Assembly: GCA_022599515.1 (NCBI GenBank)
Contig: JAHZMC010000021.1
Span: 8,708 to 72,707 of the forward strand
Direction: 5' to 3'
Length of the DNA: 64,000 nucleotides
Source: Betaproteobacteria bacterium
Lineage (GTDB): Bacteria; Pseudomonadota; Gammaproteobacteria; Burkholderiales; Methylophilaceae
Part shown: one piece after another, positions 52,035-61,051 of the stretch
Layout: every line of letters begins with the position of its first letter
How positions within the stretch are numbered: the stretch's first letter is position 1
Notes under the pieces: model-generated
What the model was told of the DNA's origin: nothing
The model's database searches: none
What the model saw: only the letters and a program-made list of their open reading frames with translations
Position numbers and translations under genes: made by a program

Positions 52035-53393
52035 ATGGACACCCAAAAACGTATTCTCGCAGTTGATGATGAGCCGAATATGCGGCGCTTGCTGGAGATT
52101 AGTTTGCGTCAAGCAGGCTATCAAGCGTTGACCGCCGCCAATGGAAGAGAGGCATTAGAGACCCTCAAAACAGAGCAAGTGGATTTGGTCGTTAGCGATT
52201 TGCACATGCCGGGCATGAGCGGTTTAGAGTTGCTTAAACAAATGCGCGCAGACAGTGATGCCATTCCTTTTATTATGGTAACGGCACAAGGTGAAATTAA
52301 TACCGCAGTTGAGGCGATGAAGTTAGGCGCGGCGGATTATATCTTGCGCCCTTTTGATTTAGAGGTGCTGGAAGTTGCAATTGCCAAAGCTCTAGATATC
52401 CAAAGATTACAGCTTGAAAACACCTATTTAAAATCGACAACGCAACCGATTGTGCAAGGCCTAATTGGCGAAAGTTTAGCGATGCAAACATTGAAGCAAA
52501 TGATCGCACAAGTCGCGCCAGAAAAAGCCACCGTATTAATTGCAGGTGAAACAGGCACAGGTAAAGAGCTTGTTGCAAAAGCCATTCATACCGCCTCGAG
52601 TAGAAAAGACGGTTTATTTGTTGCGGTCAATTGCGCGGCGATACCCGCAGATATGTTGGAATCTGAGTTATTTGGCTATGAAAAAGGCGCTTTCACAGGC
52701 GCAGTTAAAACACGGGTCGGTAAATTTGAATTGGCAGATAAAGGCACACTATTCTTAGATGAAATTACTGAGATGCCTATCCATTTGCAAGCTAAGCTAC
52801 TACGTGCATTGCAAGAAGGTGTAATTGAAAAATTAGGCAGTAATAAACAAATTGCTTTGGATAACCGCATTGTTGCGGCCACCAACCGCGATGCCATGCA
52901 AGCGGTCAAAGATGGTAAGTTGCGAGAAGATTTATATTATCGATTGAATGTATTTCAGTTGAATGTACCCGCCTTAAAAGAACGTACAGGCGATGTGGCT
53001 TTATTAAGTCATTTCTTTTTGGCCAAGCGTGAGGGTGAAGAACGTAGCGCTCAAATAAGTGATGAAGCAATGCAGCAGTTACAACGTTATGATTGGCCTG
53101 GTAATGTGCGTGAGCTAGAAAATGTACTAGAGCGCGCTTCTATATTGTCATCAGGCGGTCAGATTGAAACGCATCATTTGCCGAGTGATATTGTAGGCAA
53201 TACTATCAGCGCAGTAGATAATACGACGCTACAAAATGATTTTTCCATCCCAGCGCAAACACAAAGGCTAGAGAAAAAACTAATCACTGAAGCAATTGAG
53301 CGTTGTAATGGCAATAAAGCAAAAGCAGCCAAATTACTCGAGATTAGTGAACGCTCACTCTGGTATAAGCTAGATCAATACCAACTAAAATAA
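52035..53393 (+). CDS. Sigma-54-dependent response regulator (NtrC-family enhancer-binding protein)
   Basis: REC domain (DDEPNM..D..MPGMSG), an AAA+ domain with GETGTGKE and the GAFTGA loop (EKGAFTGA), and a C-terminal Fis-type HTH. Confidence 0.92.
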   Translation: MDTQKRILAVDDEPNMRRLLEISLRQAGYQALTAANGREALETLKTEQVDLVVSDLHMPGMSGLELLKQMRADSDAIPFIMVTAQGEINTAVEAMKLGAADYILRPFDLEVLEVAIAKALDIQRLQLENTYLKSTTQPIVQGLIGESLAMQTLKQMIAQVAPEKATVLIAGETGTGKELVAKAIHTASSRKDGLFVAVNCAAIPADMLESELFGYEKGAFTGAVKTRVGKFELADKGTLFLDEITEMPIHLQAKLLRALQEGVIEKLGSNKQIALDNRIVAATNRDAMQAVKDGKLREDLYYRLNVFQLNVPALKERTGDVALLSHFFLAKREGEERSAQISDEAMQQLQRYDWPGNVRELENVLERASILSSGGQIETHHLPSDIVGNTISAVDNTTLQNDFSIPAQTQRLEKKLITEAIERCNGNKAKAAKLLEISERSLWYKLDQYQLK

Positions 53394-53580
53394 ATGAAAA
53401 TAAACATGCTAACGGTATTGTTTTTGCCAGCGCTCTATGCAGCATGGTTTAAAATCAGCGTACCAAAAGAGGCGGAGCCAATATTTGCACAAGAAGTTAC
53501 AGAATAATGGTTGTAAGTGCTAATACTGTTTTACACTATCGCATATACAAAACAAAGAGTCGGAATAACTAGGTTTAACT

Positions 53581-54255
53581 ATGACATCAGTACAAAAAAG
53601 TCTCGGTAACGAGCAAGCACGTTTTAATATGATTGAACAACAAATTCGCACATGGGAAGTATTAGATCCCAATGTGTTGCAACTGTTGCATAAAGTGCCA
53701 CGTGAACATTTTGTGCCAGAAGCCTATCAAGGCTTGGCGTTTGCTGATATTGAAATACCGCTGATTGATGGGCAGTCTATGTTGTCACCTAAATTAGAGG
53801 CACGGATTTTACAGTCGTTGGCGATTAAACCCAGCGATCAAGTTTTGCATATAGGCACTGGTAGCGGTTACTTCACCGCTCTACTCGCCAACATGGCGGC
53901 ACATGTCTATTCAGTTGAAATTAACGCTGAGTTAAGTGCAGCAGCCGCATACAAATTAGCAGAGCATGATATTCATAATGTGACGATTGAACTAGGTAAT
54001 GGTATTGATGGACTAAAAGCACACCAACCTTATGATGTCATTGTGTTAACTGGATCATCCCCAGTTGAGCCATTAAACTTACGTGATCAATTAGCCATCG
54101 GCGGCAGCTTGTTTGTGGTGTTAGGGTCTGCACCAGCGATGGAAGCAACGTTAATTACGCGGGTTTCTGAAACGGGCTTTAATAAACAAGTGATTTTTGA
54201 AACTTGTCTACCTGAATTAGCAAATGCGCCGCAAGGGAATACGTTTAGTTTCTAA
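53581..54255 (+). CDS. Protein-L-isoaspartate O-methyltransferase family protein
   Basis: SAM motif VLHIGTGSGYFTALLA. The pcm-like/tolC gene pairing is conserved in proteobacteria. Confidence 0.85.
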   Translation: MTSVQKSLGNEQARFNMIEQQIRTWEVLDPNVLQLLHKVPREHFVPEAYQGLAFADIEIPLIDGQSMLSPKLEARILQSLAIKPSDQVLHIGTGSGYFTALLANMAAHVYSVEINAELSAAAAYKLAEHDIHNVTIELGNGIDGLKAHQPYDVIVLTGSSPVEPLNLRDQLAIGGSLFVVLGSAPAMEATLITRVSETGFNKQVIFETCLPELANAPQGNTFSF

Positions 54256-54277
54256 GTGATTGTTTCTAATTAAATTA

Positions 54278-55813
54278 ATGAAAAAATTAATCATCTTTTT
54301 AGTATTAATGACGTCAAATATGACATTTGCCGCATTTGATTTGATGCTGTCTAAACTGTTAGTCAGCATTGATCCTATGGTGATTGAGAACGAAGCACTG
54401 CCTTTAAAACAACAAACTTTGTTCGATGTTTATCATCAAACCTCGGCTAATGATCCTGCCTTATTAGGTTTGGTCATGACAATAAAGTTGGCGGCACTTG
54501 ATACGCCTTCAGCGACAAAGTTTGTTGGGCGCTTCAAACAGCAGACTTTGCTCGACATTTATCAGCAAGCTTTAGCCAATGACCCAACATTGGCTTCTGC
54601 CTTAAGTGGCAATCAATCAGCCCATGAGTTGATTGAGCAAAGTAACGCACTGTATCGGCCAAAAGTGAATTTAAGCGCGAGCGCGAGTGCTTCTGAAACC
54701 AATATTGAATTTATTGGGGCCAGTATTTTTCGTGGTGATGGGCGCCAATCTTTTGAAAGTCGCAGATACGCATTAGAGGCAAGACAGCCCATTTTCCGTA
54801 AGGATAGCTGGGTGAAAATGAAACAAGCCAGAACACAAGTCAGTCAGGCTGATAAGCAATATCATTTAAGCCAACAAGATCTTATTTTGCGCGTCACTGA
54901 GGCTTACTTTGATGTGTTAATTGCACAAGATCAAATGGATTTAATTCAAGCGCAAAAGACGGCCATACTTGGTCAATTAAAACAAGCGCAGGCTAATTTC
55001 GAAGTGGGCACTTCCACCATTACCGATGTGAATGAAGCGCAAGCACGGTTTGATTTAGTGGTTTCACAAGAGATTGCGGCAGAAAATGATTTCCTCATCG
55101 CAAAAAGAGCGATAGAAGCCATCACCAATGAAGAGCCACAAAAATTAGCCACAGTGAAATCGGATATTAAAGTCGCCGTTTTAGGTCAAACCATCGAAGA
55201 TTGGCAGCAAGTGGCTCTTGAAAATAATTTAAATGTGCAAATTCAGCAAGATAATTTAGCGATTGCTGAGCAAGAAATCTCAGCAGCAAAAGCAGGGCAT
55301 TTACCGACGTTAGACGCGGTTGCTAGTTTCAGTAATAACTATGCAAACGGCAGTGCTAACGGCTTTGGTAGTGATTTAGATAATGCCACTATCGGCGTCG
55401 AGGTAAACGTACCCATTTATCAAGGTGGTTCAATTAGTTCAGCAGTAAGACAAGCGATGTACGATAAGCAAAAAGCGCAAAATGAATTAGATGTGACTTT
55501 GCGTAAGGCAAGCTTAGAAACACAGCGTAATTACCTAAACTTAGGCAGTAGCATTGCGCAAGTACGTGCCTTAGAGCAAGCCTTATCAAGTAGTCAAAGT
55601 CAGCTAGATTCAACCACATTGGGTTATGAAGTGGGTGTGCGAACCAGCGTTGATGTGTTGGATGCGCAGCAACAATTATTTTCGGCTAAACGTGATTTAT
55701 TACAAGCAAGATACAGTTATTTAGTGAATATTATCCGTCTTAAATTTGTGACGGGCTTGGTCTCTGTTGAAGATTTAGAAGAAATTAATAATCAATTGGT
55801 TGTAGGTAGTTAA
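54278..55813 (+). CDS. tolC: TolC family outer-membrane efflux channel
   Basis: Signal peptide MKKLIIFLVLMTSNMTFA, and two OEP repeats with the ALANDPTL...Y.PKV pattern. The start is set at the ATG at 54278. Confidence 0.88.
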   Translation: MKKLIIFLVLMTSNMTFAAFDLMLSKLLVSIDPMVIENEALPLKQQTLFDVYHQTSANDPALLGLVMTIKLAALDTPSATKFVGRFKQQTLLDIYQQALANDPTLASALSGNQSAHELIEQSNALYRPKVNLSASASASETNIEFIGASIFRGDGRQSFESRRYALEARQPIFRKDSWVKMKQARTQVSQADKQYHLSQQDLILRVTEAYFDVLIAQDQMDLIQAQKTAILGQLKQAQANFEVGTSTITDVNEAQARFDLVVSQEIAAENDFLIAKRAIEAITNEEPQKLATVKSDIKVAVLGQTIEDWQQVALENNLNVQIQQDNLAIAEQEISAAKAGHLPTLDAVASFSNNYANGSANGFGSDLDNATIGVEVNVPIYQGGSISSAVRQAMYDKQKAQNELDVTLRKASLETQRNYLNLGSSIAQVRALEQALSSSQSQLDSTTLGYEVGVRTSVDVLDAQQQLFSAKRDLLQARYSYLVNIIRLKFVTGLVSVEDLEEINNQLVVGS

Positions 55814-55818
55814 ATAAG

Positions 55819-56370
55819 ATGACTACCCAATTGATTCGCGCTACCAAAAGCCAGTTAGCGATTATTGATGTGCAAAGTAAGCTTTGTGCGGTAATGCCAG
55901 CTGAAATGCAAGCCGTGACCAAAAACATCAGTATCTTGTTGCAAGCAGCACATCATTTGCAAGTGCCAGTATTGGTAACGGAACAATATCCGCAAGCATT
56001 GGGTGAGACTGTGCCAGAAATTGCGCAACACTTTGTTGCCATTAAACCCATAGAGAAAATGGCTTTTTCTGCTTATGCTGAACCTAAATTTAAAGCGCAA
56101 TGTCAGCGCGATAAATCACAAATCATCTTAGCAGGCTTAGAAACGCACATTTGCGTTTTGCAAACGGCACTTGATTTAATCGCGCAAGGCAAGCAAGTCA
56201 TCGTGGTTGAAGATGCTGTTATTTCACGCAATGTTGATAATAAGCGCAATGCTATTAATCGACTAGCGAATGCAGGTTGCATCATCGCCAATACAGAATC
56301 AGTGGTATTTGAATGGCTTGGTCACGCCAAGCACGAAGCGTTTAAGGAAATCGCCAAACTGATTAAATAA
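55819..56370 (+). CDS. Isochorismatase-family hydrolase
   Basis: 183 aa with the catalytic region LAGLETHICVLQTALDL. Confidence 0.8.
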   Translation: MTTQLIRATKSQLAIIDVQSKLCAVMPAEMQAVTKNISILLQAAHHLQVPVLVTEQYPQALGETVPEIAQHFVAIKPIEKMAFSAYAEPKFKAQCQRDKSQIILAGLETHICVLQTALDLIAQGKQVIVVEDAVISRNVDNKRNAINRLANAGCIIANTESVVFEWLGHAKHEAFKEIAKLIK

Positions 56371-56385
56371 GCGGATAGGTGTAAT

Positions 56386-56982
56386 TTGAACTGGAAGCTC
56401 ATTCTTTTTATCGCGCTCATTGGCTATGGCGCTTATCAACATTTTAATCAGCGCCCTGTGGTTTATGGTGACGGCGTTGTGGCGAAGCAGCTACCACTCC
56501 AATCGAATACTAACGACGTAAAATTTGAGCATAGCGGCTATACCATTACGCCGTTACAATCCTTTGAAATTGAAGCGCGTATTTTATCGACAAAATATTA
56601 CACGTTTGATCGAGGCGCCGATTTATCACCAGTTGATTTAGCCTTGGGTTGGGGTCGCATGTCAGATGAGGCTGTCTTAAAAAAGATAGAGATTAGTCAA
56701 AGCGGTCGTTTTTATTATTGGCGGGTCAATGAATTTCCGATTCCGCGTAAAGAGATTGAAACCCATAGTGCAAATATGCATTTGGTACCTGCCAATTCAC
56801 AAATAGAAAGCCTATTAAAAAACGTCAAGCCAGGTCAAGTTGTGCGTATTCAAGGCGATTTAATACAAGCAAATGCAGCTGATGGCTGGCACTGGAAAAG
56901 CTCGCTCAGCCGTAATGATATAGGTGCTGGCGCTTGTGAATTAGTCTGGGTTAAAACGTTTAGCGTTAAACCGCTAAGCTAA
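56386..56982 (+). CDS. Membrane-anchored conserved hypothetical protein
   Basis: TTG start with AGGTG 6 nt upstream, an N-terminal TM helix and no recognisable motif. Its stop codon overlaps the convergent waaA stop codon. Confidence 0.55.
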   Translation: MNWKLILFIALIGYGAYQHFNQRPVVYGDGVVAKQLPLQSNTNDVKFEHSGYTITPLQSFEIEARILSTKYYTFDRGADLSPVDLALGWGRMSDEAVLKKIEISQSGRFYYWRVNEFPIPRKEIETHSANMHLVPANSQIESLLKNVKPGQVVRIQGDLIQANAADGWHWKSSLSRNDIGAGACELVWVKTFSVKPLS

Positions 56983-58265
56983 TAATCAACTAATGATGCT
57001 TTAACCGATAAATAAGGCGCAATGATAATCAACATTTTTTGCGTAGCGCCAGTGGCCGCTTGACTATAACTAATCGCTGCTTTACCCATTTGCTCACGTT
57101 TGCTAGTGTCTTGTAACAACAGTTGAATCTGCGCACGTAGATCTTCAACACTATTTGCACGAATAGCTGCGTTATTTTCAATTGCATTCGCAGCCGCATC
57201 AGCAAAATTAAACGTATGTTCACCAATTAAAATCGGCTTGCCCATTACCGCCGCCTCAATTAAATTTTGCCCGCCAAAGTTGAGTAGACTGCCGCCAATA
57301 AACGTAAAATCGCAAGCCGCGTAATAATGATACAACTCACCCATGCTATCGCCCAACACTATTTTCGTTTCTACTGAAATGGGTGCAGTTAGTTCGCTTC
57401 GGCGAGCAAATGACAGTTTGCGCTGTTTAAGCAAGTTAGCAACCTCATCAAACCGTTGCGGGTGACGTGGCACAATTACCGTTAAAACCGCCAAATCACG
57501 CACGGCATCTAGAATAAGCGCTTCTTCTCCTTCACGTGTACTGGCCGCTAAAAAGATAGGGCGAAGTTGCTTAGTTGAGGCGCCGTTGAAAAGTTGGCGT
57601 AACTGCGCGCCCTTTTCTTTGCTATTTTCGGGTGGTTTAACATCGAACTTTACATTGCCTGTCACCGTAATATTGTTTGCACCCAATGCGGCTAAGCGTT
57701 TTGCATCGGTTAAAGTTTGCGCACCAACTGCAGTCAAATTGCTTAAGCCATTGCGGGCTAACTGACCTAACTTAGCATAGCCAGTTGCTGATTTTTCAGA
57801 TAGCCGCGCATTCATCAATAACAACGGCACATCACTTTTTTTACAGGCGGCGATTAGATTAAACCAAAGCTCTGTTTCCATTAATAAACCGATGTTTGGT
57901 TGAAAGTGATTCAAAAATCGGCGAATGGCAAACGGCACGTCGTATGGCAAATAAACACGCAGCACATTATCCGCAAACAATTGCTCACTCGCGGCGCGGC
58001 CTGTTGGCGTTGTATGTGACAACAGAATTTGATGTTTTGGATAGGCTTGCTGGAGCGCTTTAATTAAAGGCACAGCGGCATGCGTTTCGCCCACCGAGAC
58101 ACAATGCAACCAAATGACCGGCTTTTGCGGCAGCTCATTATAAAAACCAAAACGCTCGCGCCAATGTTGTCGATAAGCTGGTTGTTTAATGCCGCGCCAC
58201 CATAATTTAAACGGCACCAATGGCAAAATGAAGTAAAGCAACAGTGTGTATAAAAATCTTGGCAT
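56979..58265 (-). CDS. waaA: 3-deoxy-D-manno-octulosonic acid (Kdo) transferase
   Basis: N-terminal anchor, WLHCVSVGE motif and a GT30 C-terminal domain (GGSL..GGQNLIEAA). Confidence 0.92.
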   Translation of the reverse strand: MPRFLYTLLLYFILPLVPFKLWWRGIKQPAYRQHWRERFGFYNELPQKPVIWLHCVSVGETHAAVPLIKALQQAYPKHQILLSHTTPTGRAASEQLFADNVLRVYLPYDVPFAIRRFLNHFQPNIGLLMETELWFNLIAACKKSDVPLLLMNARLSEKSATGYAKLGQLARNGLSNLTAVGAQTLTDAKRLAALGANNITVTGNVKFDVKPPENSKEKGAQLRQLFNGASTKQLRPIFLAASTREGEEALILDAVRDLAVLTVIVPRHPQRFDEVANLLKQRKLSFARRSELTAPISVETKIVLGDSMGELYHYYAACDFTFIGGSLLNFGGQNLIEAAVMGKPILIGEHTFNFADAAANAIENNAAIRANSVEDLRAQIQLLLQDTSKREQMGKAAISYSQAATGATQKMLIIIAPYLSVKASLVDY

Positions 58266-58502
58266 ATGCTATTTTCTCACAAATCGACAGCTTGCTAATT
58301 TCGGTAAACAATTTGAAACACAAAGATTACATTTTTGTCTAGCAACATATTTTTTATATTGTTTATTGGTGTTGGTAATCACTCACATTAGCTGAATCCT
58401 ACGTATAGCTTAACCTTATCTTTTATGCCCAAAAATGGTGCAAAATGCAGTTGTAAAAAAGTGTTGCAAAACACATCATAAAGGCATAAATTATCACTGG
58501 CG

Positions 58503-58518
58503 ACACAATATGTTGTGT
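58503..58518. promoter_or_regulatory. Candidate NrdR box upstream of nrdJa
   Basis: ACACAATATGTTGTGT is 14/16 self-complementary and fits the NrdR consensus acaCwAtATaTwGtgt. A weaker box, ACACATCATAAAGGCA (58471-58486), is centred 32 bp upstream. Confidence 0.55.
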
Positions 58519-58638
58519 TGATGAGTCAGTTTTTCGTATATAAATAATGATTATTTATATAAATCAAAAAGTTAGATTAGACATAGATTAAAGTGCTGTA
58601 AAAATACGGTATAAACAGAATAAAAGCGGGGAGCGAGT

Positions 58639-60816
58639 ATGCTAAAAGCAGTAGAGCCATCAAAAAAATCAAGTGTGGAAGCCGGTGTGAACGATAATAA
58701 AAACATTCCAATTCAGTCAGTTTCTTTAGATATTTGGGATAAAAAATATTGTCTTAAAACCAAAAATGGTGAGCCAGTTGATAAAAACATGGATGACTCT
58801 TATTCGCGCGTGGCACGTGCCTTGGCCGATGTTGAAACCACAGAAGATTTAAAAGAAACATGGCATGAGAAGTTTTTATGGGCATTGCGTCATGGTGCCA
58901 TTCCTGCAGGCCGCATTACTTCTAATGCCGGCGCGTTAGAGCACAAGCCAGCCACCTCTACTATTAACTGTACTGTTTCTGGCGTGGTTGAAGACAGCAT
59001 GGATAATATTTTAGATAAAGTACACGAAGCAGGCTTAACCCTTAAAGCAGGTTGCGGTATTGGTTACGAGTTTTCTACACTACGTCCAAAAGGTGCTTTT
59101 GTTGCAGGTGCAGGTGCGCATACCAGCGGTCCTCTATCATTCATGGATATCTACGACAAAATGTGTTTCACCGTATCATCTGCTGGTGGTCGCCGTGGTG
59201 CACAAATGGCAACGTTTGATATTAGCCATCCAGATGTTACAGACTTTATTAAAGCCAAACGTGAAGATGGTCGTTTGCGTCAATTCAACCTATCTTGCTT
59301 AATTACCAAAGAGTTTATGGAAGCGGTAAAAGCCGATGCTGAGTGGAAATTAGCGTTTCCAGTCACAGAAAAAGAAGCGATTGTTGATGGTTTAGATACC
59401 AATAATATCGAGCAAGTAGTATGGCGCGAATGGCCAATCAAAGGTAAATACCTCACCAAAGAATCAGGCGTAGATGCTGGAAAAGTAGCTTGCCGTGTTT
59501 ACAAAACCATTAAAGCGCGCAATTTGTGGAATGTGATTATGTCTAGCACATACGATTTTGCAGAGCCTGGCTTTATCTTGATTGATCGTGTCAATGAAAT
59601 GAACAATAACTGGTTCTGCGAAAATATCCGCGCAACCAATCCATGTGGCGAGCAACCATTGCCACCTTACGGCGCTTGCTTATTAGGCTCAGTTAACCTA
59701 ACTAAATTTGTGAAAAAACCATTCACTGATGAAGCTTATTTTGATTGGGCAGAATATAAAGAAGTGGTTGCTATCTTCACGCGTATGCTCGATAACGTCG
59801 TCGAAATTAACGGTTTACCGCTAGAAAAACAACGAGAAGAAATTGCCCGTAAACGCCGTCACGGCATGGGTTATTTGGGTTTAGGTTCAACCTTAACCAT
59901 GATGAAGCAGAAATACGGTGATGAAGCATCATTGAAATTCACAGAGGAAGTGACTCGTGTGATGGCAGAAGTGGGTTGGGAAGTTGGCGTACAACTAGCC
60001 GAAGAAAAAGGCCCAGCACCAATTATGGATGAGAAATTCACCGTGACAGCAGATATGTTGGCCAAACGTCCAGAGATGGCGGCAGATGGTATTAAAGTCG
60101 GTAATAAAATTGCAGGTAAAGTGTTAATGGGTAAATACAGCCGCTATATGCAGCAATTCCCAGTTGGCCTACGCAACCAAATTGCAGAAAAAGGCGTGCG
60201 CTTTACCCACCATAGTTCTATCGCACCAACAGGTACTATTTCATTGTCATTGGCAAATAACGCCAGTAACGGTATTGAGCCAAGCTTTGCTCATCACTAC
60301 AACCGTAATGTGATTCGCGAAGGTAAAAAATCAAAAGAAAAAGTCGATGTGTTCTCATTCGAGCTATTGGCTTACCGCGAATTGATTAATGCGAAAGCCA
60401 TGCCTTTTGGTCAATCAGAAGAAGAGAAATTGCCAGATTACTTTATGGACTCTTCAACCATTAAAGCTAAGGCGCATGTGGATATTCAAGCCGCCGCCCA
60501 AAAATGGATTGATAGCTCAATCTCAAAAACCATCAACGTGCCAACCGATTATGATTTTGAAGATTTTAAAAACATCTATCTATACGCATACGATAAAGGC
60601 TTAAAAGGTTGCACCACCTTCCGTTTCAATCCAGAAGCATTCCAAGGTGTATTGGTGACAGAGAAAGATTTAGAGAATACAACATACAAATTTACCCTAG
60701 ATGACGGCACTGAGATTGAAGCCAAAGGTAATGAAGAGATTGAATATGATGGGGAGATTCATAGTGCAGCCAACCTGTACGACGCTCTAAAAGAAGGTTA
60801 CTACGGCAAGTTTTAA
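58639..60816 (+). CDS. nrdJa: Class II (adenosylcobalamin-dependent) ribonucleotide reductase, large N-terminal polypeptide
   Basis: RNR barrel with the TNPCGEQPL active-site finger loop. It ends where P. aeruginosa-type split NrdJa ends. Confidence 0.93.
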   Translation: MLKAVEPSKKSSVEAGVNDNKNIPIQSVSLDIWDKKYCLKTKNGEPVDKNMDDSYSRVARALADVETTEDLKETWHEKFLWALRHGAIPAGRITSNAGALEHKPATSTINCTVSGVVEDSMDNILDKVHEAGLTLKAGCGIGYEFSTLRPKGAFVAGAGAHTSGPLSFMDIYDKMCFTVSSAGGRRGAQMATFDISHPDVTDFIKAKREDGRLRQFNLSCLITKEFMEAVKADAEWKLAFPVTEKEAIVDGLDTNNIEQVVWREWPIKGKYLTKESGVDAGKVACRVYKTIKARNLWNVIMSSTYDFAEPGFILIDRVNEMNNNWFCENIRATNPCGEQPLPPYGACLLGSVNLTKFVKKPFTDEAYFDWAEYKEVVAIFTRMLDNVVEINGLPLEKQREEIARKRRHGMGYLGLGSTLTMMKQKYGDEASLKFTEEVTRVMAEVGWEVGVQLAEEKGPAPIMDEKFTVTADMLAKRPEMAADGIKVGNKIAGKVLMGKYSRYMQQFPVGLRNQIAEKGVRFTHHSSIAPTGTISLSLANNASNGIEPSFAHHYNRNVIREGKKSKEKVDVFSFELLAYRELINAKAMPFGQSEEEKLPDYFMDSSTIKAKAHVDIQAAAQKWIDSSISKTINVPTDYDFEDFKNIYLYAYDKGLKGCTTFRFNPEAFQGVLVTEKDLENTTYKFTLDDGTEIEAKGNEEIEYDGEIHSAANLYDALKEGYYGKF

Positions 60817-60819
60817 GCT

Positions 60820-60930
60820 GCTACGCTCGGGATTGCGTTGTTGAAAATTGGTTTTAAATCCTCATGTACTCAAATGTACATTCCGGTTCAAAACCAATTT
60901 TCGCCTAGCACTCCCATCGCTCGCGACGCT
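60820..60930. repeat. Palindromic MITE/REP-like element in the nrdJa-nrdJb spacer
   Basis: Perfect 13-nt inverted repeat GAAAATTGGTTTT (60843-60855) / AAAACCAATTTTC (60890-60902), with imperfectly complementary outer arms and an inner ATGTAC/GTACAT hairpin. Confidence 0.6.
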
Positions 60931-60954
60931 TAAAACGAGTATATGAAACTAAAA

Positions 60955-61051
60955 CGTCATTCCGACGAAAGTCGGAATCCAGTGACTTAAAGACATAAGT
61001 AAAGAGTGTAAAAACAAAGACGCTAGATTCCATGTCTAGCATGGAATGACG
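60955..61051. repeat. NIME/dRS3-like element: two ATTCC...GGAAT hairpins flanking a 48-nt core
   Basis: cgtcATTCCGACgaaaGTCGGAATcc (60955-60980) and gATTCCATGtctagCATGGAATgacg (61026-61051). The termini CGTCATTCC / GGAATGACG are inverted. Confidence 0.65.

Noticed and set aside
53413-53428. Sigma-54-like CGGTATTGTTTTTGCC upstream of the pcm-like gene
   Set aside because: The GG-N10-GC spacing is right, but the -24 element is poor (CGGTAT), there are no TGCA boxes upstream, and it sits about 150 nt from the start codon. This is too weak to call.
53394-53507. 37-aa hydrophobic small ORF (MKINMLTVLFLPALYAAWFK...) right after the EBP gene
   Set aside because: It has no Shine-Dalgarno sequence and no recognisable family, and the length is within chance expectation for AT-rich DNA. 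It would be worth a look only if ribosome profiling exists.
58266-58638. Cobalamin riboswitch upstream of the B12-dependent nrdJa
   Set aside because: There is no B12-box (AGYCMGGAGACCKGCC-like) or GCCACTG core. The region is AT-rich and better explained by NrdR boxes and a promoter. B12 riboswitches usually control the B12-independent reductases rather than nrdJ.
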